A DNA stretch of 63,614 nt, filler included, from Octopus bimaculoides (taxonomy: Eukaryota): assembly GCF_001194135.2 (NCBI RefSeq). It is 5 parts of 4 records of this genome, joined end to end, with 100 filler letters (N's around TTAATTAATTAA, not from the genome) between each part and the next. Parts side by side here need not be neighbours in the genome. Positions count along the whole stretch, not along the records: positions 26,844 to 49,390 come from NC_069001.1; 4 more parts are not named here. The stretch is one strand, 5' to 3'. Below, piece after piece: positions 27,644 to 38,394 of the stretch (positions are counted from its first letter, which is position 1; each line of letters starts with the position of its first letter). A program made the translations under genes and the position numbers. The notes under the pieces were generated by a model. That model did not search any database. It was given only the letters and a program-made list of their open reading frames with translations, and was not told where the DNA came from.

Positions 27644-29896
27644 TAACAAACAATATATTAACGTCATTATGGACTGTCAGCATTATGTGGGAAATTAATA
27701 ACACAACAAAAAAATATACTCTATTGCCCCATACCCCACTAAAAAAACGCAAAACAAAAAACATAAAACTGTGCAACATAACTAGGCAACATACCAGGTG
27801 GTATAGTTGCGAAATGAAGTTAACACTTTTCATGTTTCTGAATGACTAATATGCGTCTTCCATTCCGCAACCGATATATCCGGTAAACTTACGGATAATG
27901 TTTTATTTTCTTTATTTTGTTCTAGTCCCGGAACAGCTGTTACTGAAACGCCTTGTCTTTCCAGTTTGTAAATCGGTTTTATAAATAGTAGTCCCCTACT
28001 AAGTGTTGAAGCTAAAGAAACTGGACCGAATAAAGTAAGCGGAGCTAGTCTTTTTAATGGCAAGCGAAAATATTCTGACCCAGTGGAAGTACAGCCAAAG
28101 TCCATTGCATGGTCTTCTTTTGTTATTTGCTACTAGCTAACTGTTTACGAAATCTAGGTGACGCTCTTACAATTTTTGCTCTTACTCATGACCAGCCACG
28201 TCGATAATGGCGCCCGTCAATTTCCGTTTAAAAAGTTTGCTCTTGAGTCCATCGAAATATCTCTGCATCAAAAGATGGCGTTCAACTTCCATTAACCCAT
28301 TTACTCACTCTGCATTGATCTGTTCTTAACTGATTGAATAGGTCATAGGTTTGTTGTCTGTGTAGCTAACTATGAAAAGCAACCGACAGCATAACCTCAT
28401 ACGATCAGCATGTAAGTTTGTAATTAGGTCAAATCGATATTGAAGCATTCGAGAAATGCAGGTGAAACCTGCCAAGCCATTGGAGGGACAGAAGAAAATT
28501 CTCTGGCTTTTATGCTACTTTTTTTCTCTCTGCTTCTGCACGACAAACTTTAAATGCCTGCAAAATCCCATTCTAAATGTACATTAGCACTAATGAGCGA
28601 GTTTTTACAAGGAGTATAACAGTCTAAAAAAATCTGCCCTACAGACAGCAGTCGCAACTTAAAATGACCGTAATATGATGGCCTCTACTGTTCTGTCCAT
28701 AGCAGTTCACACATTTTGATGCACCGAAGTATTATGTGAGTCGGGGATGTTTGTATTTACCTCTAAGTGCAGGTGTTTCCGTAAAAGCAACCGTTTTTAC
28801 GCTCACGACGATGTAACACACCACGTGGTCATTGACAAGGAGGTATCGTGGTTTCTCTCAGAAATTATGCTAATGTCTGCTACATCCGCTTATAATGAAA
28901 TCATTTCCGGTACTTAACCCACGTAGATTGCTAGACTGTAACATCCACCAATCCCGTTGCACAGCTGTTAGACGACGTTGAGGGTCAATCGATATTTTGA
29001 AGCGCTCTCAGAGCCTGCTTCACTTAGGACTTCAGCTTTGAAAAGCCGATGAACTGCGGATTAATGTATCTTATGAGAAGTAATTATACATGTTCAGCGT
29101 ACAATAAGCTTTTCAACTACCGAAACTTGAACGGATGTCTTTATATTAGGTGCTTAGCGTTCCCAGATCGTTGCGCAGAGATTGTTAGCAGGAGTTGTAC
29201 TGCCTGATCAGTAAAAGGTGTACTTTTCACAAAAATTGAATAAAAGACGTTCCATTCTCACCAGAGGGTAATTAGGATAAGACAATGGTCGACTAACTTT
29301 CCAAGCCATCAAATTGCATGCATCATTTTGTCTGGTTTGATTTGTTTCTCTGCAGTAGCCTCCATTTCCTTGAGAGTTGTGCCGTCCACCACTTCCACAA
29401 GCACCATCACCACCATCTCCACCATCTCCACCATCTCCACCATCACGACCACCTCTTAGATGATATCAGAAAAAATGATGGTGTCTTCGTTTCTATATAC
29501 TGAAACGGGTTTCTTCGTCCTAGTTCCAAAGGATGCTCCCGAACGGTTTCTACCTCCTGCTCGAGAGCCAACATGTGCAATTCAGAAGAAATGGTATGTC
29601 CTGACATACAGAGCATGCTATGCGAAAGGGTTCCAAGAGGTCGTAGTTTACTTTGATCCTCAAACAGATGCCACCGTGCATTGCATCCACCTAGCCTCTT
29701 ATATACCTTACACATCCACTTTTTTCTCCCTTCTCTTCTCTAACTCAGTTGCCTGTAACCTCTGGTTAGTAGTCACCTTCATATTCGACCTGTCATTCCC
29801 TTCTAAGTGACCTGTATATGCATTTCCCCAATGAAAATGTTAATTATAACTGTCATACACACAGACACACACATTATATACACGCACAGGCACAAG

Positions 29897-29955
<59 letters not shown>

Positions 29956-29960
29956 GTATA

Positions 29961-31410
29961 CTGTATTTGCCGGTGCATTGGACGCACTTCACATGAGATG
30001 CACCATTATTTTGCAAGGATATTTTACTGGAAAAAACAATATTAGTATATTTCATCACACACTTATTGAAATATATTTTAAACTGGTTTTCGTAGGGAAA
30101 ATTGTATGATTCTGTGGATGAAATAGAATATTGTGACAGTATACTGGAAAAAAGTATGAAATTATATGTAGCTTTACACTTACCTTTAAAAGAAACTAAA
30201 TTAAATTTGCCATAGCAAAAACAGGAAATAAACATCGGTATCAACGAATCCTGGTACATCAAACAAAAAGCAAATATACTGATAAAAACCGGTGCAAACC
30301 AATCAGCTAAGTACAATAAATGTGATGAATTCCTATAGATAGTTACAGTTACTCATGCCGCGTTGTTGCCATCCATATTATCGATACTCTCTTCATCAGT
30401 GGAATTCTCTGTAATAGAATCTGGGTCATCAATATCTTCTTCAAACAATAAATCGTCCTCAGTGCCATCAAGGGTATAATTAATGCCAAATTTTTTTGAA
30501 ACGATTTACAACTATCTCTTCTTTTACAGCGTTCCATGAACTTTTTACCCATCCAGACACCTCTGTAATAATAGGTCTCTTCCTACTTCCTGATGGTGTC
30601 AATTCAAAATCTGAAAACTGCATCCACCTTTTCCACTCCTTCCGCATGAATCTTTTAAATGGTTTACTGCTTGAAACATCTAAAAGCTAACTGCCTGGTT
30701 AGGCCTCCTGGAATTACAGCTAACCAGGTCTTCACTTCTTTAAGTTTCCTCTCAACAAGCTCAGTTCTATGAGCCCGAAACTTGTCCCAAACAAATAAGG
30801 CAGGTTTCTTTAATAACCCACCAGGACGCCTGGACCACATTTTATGAAGCCACATTTTCATTCCTCTCTTATCTATCCAACCTTTTGGGAGAGCATGAGC
30901 ATAAATGCCATTGGATATCCTGTCTTTAAGCAGTCATTCTTTTAAAAATTAAACAAGGTGACAGTTTTGTACCATCAGCGCAGCATGCTGATACAACTGT
31001 GTAGTGTGTCTTTTCATGGCCACATACTTTAACAGTCACAGTTTTAGCACCCTTGGGTTCTACCGTCTTGTTTGATGGCACATCAAAGGCCAAAGAGACG
31101 TCGTCAATATTTGCTGTCTGTGAAAGTTCGAAATTAACTTCTTTTCATGCATTAATGAGATACCTGTGAAACTTAAGTATTTGATCTTCGTATTCAGGGG
31201 CATTTTTTGTGCTTTTCTTGTCCTAGCCTTCATACAGAGATTATTTCTCTCTTCATAAATCTGGAATACCATGATGGTGACCCTTTAAAATCATTGATAT
31301 CTCTATCCATTGCTATAAGCCTTGAATGGTACATATTCATTATAGTGGGTACTGAAAAACCCGGTCTTCTTTAGTCCAAAATCCATGTTTTTAATTCTTC
31401 TAGTTCAGGC
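29961..31410 (-). mobile_element. pogo-family (POGK/Passer-like) DNA transposon, 5'-truncated, decayed transposase
   Basis: CENP-B-type HTH (WPELEE..W..R..G..V...FKGSPSW..RFMKR); DDE_1 motifs WSRRPGGLLKKPALFVWDKFRAH, AVIPGGLT, LDVS..KPFK; acidic tail. TIR-like end TA|CTGTATTTGCCGGTGCATTGGACGCAC at 29959-29987. Confidence 0.92.
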
Positions 31411-31712
31411 CACTTTACAATTCGACTCCAGGACTTATTCTTTGTAAGCTTAGTACTTATTCTATCGGTCTCTTTTGCGGAACCGCTAGTTTATGGGGAT
31501 GTAAACACACCAACATCGGTTGTCAAGCGATGGTGGGGGGACAAACACAGATACACAAACATATACGTATATATATACAACGGGTATCTTTCAGTTTCTG
31601 TCTACCAAATCCACCCACAAGGCTTTGGTTGGCTCGCGGCTACAGTAGAAGACACGTGCCCAAGGTATCACGCATGTGGTTGGTAATCATGCTTCTTACC
31701 ACACAGCTACTC
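31411..31712 (-). mobile_element. SINE family A copy with internal deletion
   Basis: Reverse-complement similarity to 59452-59770 across head, middle and pre-tail segments. Confidence 0.85.
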
Positions 31713-31725
31713 ATTATATATACTC

Positions 31726-31757
<32 letters not shown>

Positions 31758-32794
31758 GCGTAGAGACGTAGCGCTATGTGGAGAAAACACCGTCTCCGAC
31801 ATTAATGGCTGAGTAAAATGTAAAGTTTTATAAGAACTGAAAAACTTAGTAAACCTTATTCCGAGTTCATGACATACAAATAAACTTTTGGAGGGATATA
31901 ATTGCCTTCAGTATGTCAGTGAGAATCAGTTGGCACATAATCAATAAACATTCAAATCTGATTAGGTATTGTCACATTTGAAAATCGATATAATCCGTTG
32001 GATTAATCGATTGACATTTTACGAAAACAATAAAGAAAACAACAGACATTAATGACGACTGAATATCACTCAAGAGTGAATCTTGAAAATGTAAATTGTT
32101 ATAATTGTTATAACTGCTGCTGCCACGAATCCAGGCAAATAGCAGGTTATAATTTTAGTAACAAATAGAAAATAAGACGTTATTAACATAACTCAAAGAA
32201 AATGCAACTAAAGTATAAGCAAATAACTTTTTATGATGTACTGGTGCATAGACCGGGACTAAAATGTAGTTAAACTGAATGTTTTAAAGAAAAGGAAGGG
32301 TTTACATGATATAAAGAGGGGTTTTTTAAAGAAGCTATTGAAACAATAGAGTTTTGAAAGTGTCTGCACAAAGCTGATATAAATACCATACGGAGGAACA
32401 AACTGAAACTATCGTAGGCAAGGGGTGTAAGTTTGTTGTCTATGTAGCCAACTACCAGAAACAGAGGAGGAGTGCATTTTAGAAGAAGCCGTACCATATC
32501 CTTTGAATAATTAGACTTATATCGTTAGACTTGTCGAAAACCTGCTTTCTAGATATTTACATGAATTCTTACGTAGGCATGCAGTATCAATGTAAGTCAC
32601 TAACAATTGTGTGACCTTTTACAAAATCTAGAGCGTTTTCGAGGAGATTCAACACATTACACGTTTATTCAATTTATATCACTCAGGACTAAAGTCGAAA
32701 TTATCTTGATGAACTTCCAATCAATTGATTCAACATATTGCATCGATACTGAATAGTGAAAAACCCTTGTGTAATTAGCTTCATATAAATATTT

Positions 32795-32960
32795 CTAGCA
32801 CAATCATTAACACGCCGGGTGAAATACTTAGCAATAATTCGCCCGTCTTTAAGATGAGTTCAAATTCCGCCGAGGTCGACTTTACCTTTCATCCATTCGC
32901 CGTCAATAAAATAAGTATCAGTTGAACACTGGAGTCGATGTAATCTACTTAACCTCTCCT
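32795..32960 (+). mobile_element. SINE family B
   Basis: gagttcaaattccgccgaggtcgactttacctttcatcc...aaaataagtatcag...ctggagtcgatgtaatc. Confidence 0.85.
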
Positions 32961-33288
32961 GGGTATTGAGCATAAAGACTGCATTCCTCTGCCAAGCCAT
33001 GTCAAGCCAGTGTGGCAATGTAGGCTCATCAGACCAATATGATCTCAAACCATTCTCTGGTGTAGAGAACATGCTGAAGACGTTGTCCTGCAGTTGATTG
33101 AACACGGGAAATCCAATCCAATATAATTTTCCATTTGATTCTCACTGCATCATGTATAACCCTTTCATTGTCACAAGCTTAACTTCAGTGATGATCACAT
33201 ACACAAAACCTGAATGAGATGTGAGGGGAACACAGACACAAGCGCACACACATACATATATATATTTACACCTATCTATCAATCTCTT

Positions 33289-33319
<31 letters not shown>

Positions 33320-33320
33320 T

Positions 33321-33383
<63 letters not shown>

Positions 33384-34006
33384 NNNNNNNNNNNNNNNNN
33401 NNNNNNNNNNNNNNNNNNNNNNNNNNNNNNNNNNNNNNNNNNNNNNNNNNNNNNNNNNNNNNNNNNNNNNNNNNNNNNNNNNNNNNNNNNNNNNNNNNNN
33501 NNNNNNNNNNNNNNNNNNNNNNNNNNNNNNNNNNNNNNNNNNNNNNNNNNNNNNNNNNNNNNNNNNNNNNNNNNNNNNNNNNNNNNNNNNNNNNNNNNNN
33601 NNNNNNNNNNNNNNNNNNNNNNNNNNNNNNNNNNNNNNNNNNNNNNNNNNNNNNNNNNNNNNNNNNNNNNNNNNNNNNNNNNNNNNNNNNNNNNNNNNNN
33701 NNNNNNNNNNNNNNNNNNNNNNNNNNNNNNNNNNNNNNNNNNNNNNNNNNNNNNNNNNNNNNNNNNNNNNNNNNNNNNNNNNNNNNNNNNNNNNNNNNNN
33801 NNNNNNNNNNNNNNNNNNNNNNNNNNNNNNNNNNNNNNNNNNNNNNNNNNNNNNNNNNNNNNNNNNNNNNNNNNNNNNNNNNNNNNNNNNNNNNNNNNNN
33901 NNNNNNNNNNNNNNNNNNNNNNNNNNNNNNNNNNNNNNNNNNNNNNNNNNNNNNNNNNNNNNNNNNNNNNNNNNNNNNNNNNNNNNATATATATATATAT
34001 ATATAA

Positions 34007-35830
34007 GATCTACGAACATTCCACAACATCCTCAACATACTGCACCCATCCATCAACTTTACGACAGAAACCAGCTATAACGAACTTCCCTTCCTAGACA
34101 TCGACATCAAGATACACAGCTCCATCGTCAAAACAGATATCTACTACAAAAAAACCGACACACACCAATATTTAAATTTCTACTCTTGCCACCCATCCCA
34201 CATAAAAAGAAACATTCCATATAGTATGGCAAGACGCATATACAGCATAGTGGCCGACTTACAAACATGCCAAATAAGACTAAATGAGCTTAAGAACTTC
34301 CTACTAGAACAGAAATACCCACTCAAATTAATAGAAAACGGAATCTCAAGAGCAATGAAACTGGACATCACACAACTCAGAACTCAAAAAAAGAAAAGCA
34401 AAGAAAACATCATCCCATTCATAAACACACACAACCCTGGAGTTACCAACATGTTTCAAATTATACAATCAAACTAACCAATAGTCCTACAAAGTCCCAA
34501 AATGGGAAACCTATTAAACAAATACTGCATAAGAAACAGTAATCACCAAGATAAAAACCTGAAAAACAACTGACAAAAGCAACATTCTCATCAGAGAATA
34601 AAACCGAATTCTTTGTGAAAGAATGTGGAGGTAGTAGATGTGAGATATGCAGTAACCCAATCTACAAATATATACAGGCAAACAAAGAGATAAAATTTAA
34701 GAGTGGACACACATTCAAAATAAATGCAAACGTGAATTGCATGATACAAAACTTAATATATTGCATAACCCGTCCCACGTGCAAGGAGAACTATATAGGT
34801 GAAACTGGCAATTCTTTATGCCAACGAGCCAGAATTCACTGACAACATATCACAAGGAGAGCTACAAAATATTCCGCTAAGTAAACACTTAGAAATATGT
34901 GAAGGAAAATTCAAGATCTTTCCCTTGCCCAAGTAATGACATCTTCTTCAGAAAAAATATGGAACAACACTTCATAGCAAAATTCTCCCCCAAACTGAAT
35001 GGCTGAAAATATGAAAACCACATCAACTTCCTTACAAACCCATCTGGAACACTAAGATATATGCATATGTGTGTATGTATGTGTATGTATATACATAACT
35101 AGAAACATTCTTGCATCCAGATTTTCCAACCAATACCAGCATGAGAATCAAGCATTGGACAATGATGATGATGGTGATGATAAGTCCAGACATTTTTTTG
35201 AAAAATAGCTCATTATTCCTCATCAAAACAGATCCCCTCCTTAGATTAACCACCTGGTCTTGCCATTTTTACAGACCAGGATTCAACTCGTCATCTTCTA
35301 TTGAAAGAACTGACCAACTGCATAGATATAAACACATTTTTTCTTTTTTCTTTCTTCGTTCCTTTCATTCCTTCTCTTTTCCATTGACATTAAGAAAAAA
35401 CACATTTTTTCACTTTGAAAACATTTTTCTTTCAGGCACCCCTGGTGAGCTGGCTGAACCAAAGAAAGCATCTGTTCTAGCCACCTATTTAAAAATATAT
35501 ATTCTTTTCCTTTTCTCCTTGTCTCTTGTTCAAAACGCTTCCTTTCAAATACACAAGCACACACACACACACTCGCACACGCATACGCACACACGCACAA
35601 ACACACACACTCTCTCTCTCTCACTTTCTCCCTCCACTATCTCCCTATTCCTCTCCCTCTTTTCCTACTCTATACATTCCACATTACTCTTCTTTCCTCT
35701 CTCTCTCCACCCCAACCCATTCACTAATACTATAAAAAGAGACAAATCCCTTCACAAAATTTAAATCTGAAGAATCTATTAGAGTAGATGAACGTGCTTA
35801 TATATGTGATTTGCAAAAACATGTGACATG
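34007..35830 (+). mobile_element. Penelope-like element, 5'-truncated: RT C-terminus + GIY-YIG endonuclease + 3' region; pseudogenised
   Basis: LHPSINFTTE..ELPFLDIDI..KTDIYYKKTDTHQYLNFYSCHP..NIPYSMARR (PLE RT thumb), CGGSRCEIC, then NLIYCITRPTCKENYIGET (GIY-YIG), ending ...PKLNG* near 35006. Several stops and frameshifts. The 3' boundary is a guess placed after the hammerhead-like motif. Confidence 0.92.
35767..35796 (+). ncRNA. Decayed hammerhead-like motif at the PLE 3' end
   Basis: CUGAAGA; stem II AUCUA/UAGAU; then GAACGUG (one A short of GAAAC-GUH); stem I poor. Confidence 0.45.
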
Positions 35831-35884
35831 TTAATAAATATTTGTATATGTACAACCATTCAGGTCGCTGAGTAGCTTATTTTT

Positions 35885-37220
35885 CTAATATATATATATA
35901 TATATATAATATTCTAAGGCCTTGGTGGATATGTCATTTGTTATAGATGTGTTCAAAAGGGGTCTGTATTTTGTAATAAAGAGCGACTCTTTACTAATTC
36001 GTTGGCATTTCTCCACAGCAAAATCTTTGTCTATAGATGGGTAGAGTGAAACCACATCCATACTACTCGCTACGCAACCTGTGAGGTCGTTGGAGTGGTT
36101 GAAAGTATTGATTTTACTGAGGAGATCCTCCGTGCTCACACGTACACCTGGAGACATTTCTATGAGAGGTCGTAATACCTGTGAGAAGAAGTAGGACAGT
36201 CCATAATTGCTGGAGATACTCGCTCCGCAAAGTGGTCGGTTTGGAGGCCCCATAACCGGGTTTATGTAGGGTTTATGGTCTTTGCGTAACCCGTATAGTG
36301 CAGGAACATCCTTCTTGGATGCTTGGAAATTGTGTGAAGTCAATTTCTTAGGTTGGAGTAGGTTGCACCACATTTCCATGTGTGCATTGAGGAGTTTTTC
36401 TACTCTTTCATATTTCTGTGGTGCAACTTCTCTCCTGATACTGATGTGTTGTTGCATGGTCTGGACATAGTTTTGTGGACTGTCTATCGAAAGTTTGCCA
36501 GACTTATCCGTTGGGAGGCACACTAATTCCCTGTTCCTAATTCGCTGTTTCAGTTTTTGTAGGCCTTTAGCAACAGATGAACTGAGTTGGTGGGTCTCGC
36601 CCTCCTTATGTTTTTTAGTGGTTTTGTTATATTGGTCTAAGATGTGTCGGAGTCTATTTCTAACTAAGGAAATCATTGCTTCTGTCTCACTGCCAGTTTG
36701 TGGTGGAATACATACCCTTTTGTTGAAGGGTATGTCTGTGGGGTAGAACATCGTCATGCCATAAAATTTGTCATTAGGGTTAAAGAAGATACAATGTAGA
36801 GTATCATCGTTGTGGTTATTGTCATTATAGTTGCTGGCATTGTTGTTGCTATTGGTGGTGGTGGTGATAGTATTAGTAGTGCTTGTGTTGTGCCCATTGT
36901 TGTTGTTGTTATTGTTGTGAGTAGTGTTGCTGTTGGTGTTGATGTGCGTGGTGGTGTTGATAGTGGTGTGGATGATGTGGCTGGTATTGTTGTCTGCGTG
37001 TGGCATGTTGTCGTTGTTGCTGTTCTATTATCATCGTTATTATTGTTGTTATAGTAGTTGTTTCGGTTTCCTATGCTTGTGTCTTTGTTGTTATAGTTGT
37101 TTGAGTGGGGAATGTTGTGGTTATGTTGTGCCACTATTGCTGTTGTAATAAACATCGCTATTGTTATTGCTGTTGTTTTGATTTCGTATGTTTGTGTTGT
37201 TGTTGTTGCATTGTTCTAAC
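35885..37220 (-). mobile_element. Penelope-like element (different family), internally deleted; RT N-half fused to the C-terminal tail of the endonuclease
   Basis: ORF 35885..37006: LVCLPTDKSGK, LYGLRKDHK, PPNRPL, SMDVVSLYPSI (PLE RT N-terminal motifs), followed directly by KESLFITKYRPLLN (typical PLE ORF terminus). Confidence 0.85.
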
Positions 37221-37811
37221 TTCCATCTTAATTTTAAGAAAGTTTTTTCAATTTTTCTGACATAATATTGTTTATAAAAAATTACCCGTAGTTTTATTAG
37301 CGTCTTGCCCCGTTAACTAGTAATTAACATCATGATTTAGGGGTCTTCCCCTACCCATCCTCTTTTATAGATAGTTACTTTATACCCAATTTACTACTCC
37401 TAATATCTTGACAATATTTATGACCATGAGCTGTCAACTCACTCTTGCCCTTCATTCAAACAGACACAGTCCTCTAGTCTCAGATTTAGTAGTTGATAAA
37501 AAGACAAATAAATTAGCAAAAAAGCCACAATACTTTACAAGCTATGACCCCAGTAAGCATTATGCCTTTCTTGGACGTGTTGTCTATTCTTAGCACCAAT
37601 AGCGACAACATGGATTTCTTCCACCTTCTTGATCTTTTAAAATATTTGAGTAAAATTATATTAATGTGTCCAACTGATTAAAATTCTATTTATTTGTGGA
37701 GCTAATAATAGCCCTGCATTTAAATTGATGTAATGATTGCATTGTTCAATTAAATGGAGCCGCTTGAAACGGTCGTACTGCATCACTTGATATCCTGTTG
37801 CGTATTTTGGT

Positions 37812-37906
<95 letters not shown>

Positions 37907-37936
37907 CTGTGTATGCATGTATATACATACAAGTAC

Positions 37937-37984
37937 TCACCACTGAAGAGATCCATTACAAATCGAAACCACGTGGTCTGGTGG
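37937..37984 (+). ncRNA. Minimal type-I hammerhead ribozyme with canonical core
   Basis: Stem I UCACCA/UGGUGG; CUGAAGA (37943-37949); stem II GAU/AUC; GAAA; palindromic stem III ACCACGUGGU; GUC cleavage triplet (37976-37978). Confidence 0.82.
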
Positions 37985-38199
37985 TCTTGAATCCAGGTTC
38001 GCATGAATTATCACCCGCTTGCAATAAATATCGGCTGCAAGAAGCGTACTGAATAAACCAGCTGGAAGAGATGTCTTCCTGGGGTTAAATGGCAGTATCA
38101 CCGTTTCTTAGATAGAGTTGGGGATATTAAAAGTATTTCTTTTGCCTTCATTTTTTAGGATGTTCAGTCCAGCATATTTTGGGTTCTATTTTTTTTAGT

Positions 38200-38394
38200 T
38201 TATATCGATTTCAGATTTTGGCACAAGACAAGCAGCTTTGCCCCCCAGTACTAACCTGATACCTAATTTATCGACCCCCGAAAGGATGAAAGTTGAAGTC
38301 GACTTCGGCTGATTTGAGCTCAAAATGTAAAGACTGACGAAATACCACTAAACATTTTGTTCGGCGTGCTAAAGATTCTACCAGCTAACTGCCT
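38200..38394 (-). mobile_element. SINE family B
   Basis: tttcagattttggcacaag...tatcgacccccgaaaggatgaaag...ggcgtgctaaagattctaccagct. Confidence 0.83.

Noticed and set aside
32995-33040. Minus-strand CTGATGAGCC...GGCTT as a hammerhead
   Set aside because: No GAAA follows the putative stem II, and there is no stem III or cleavage triplet.
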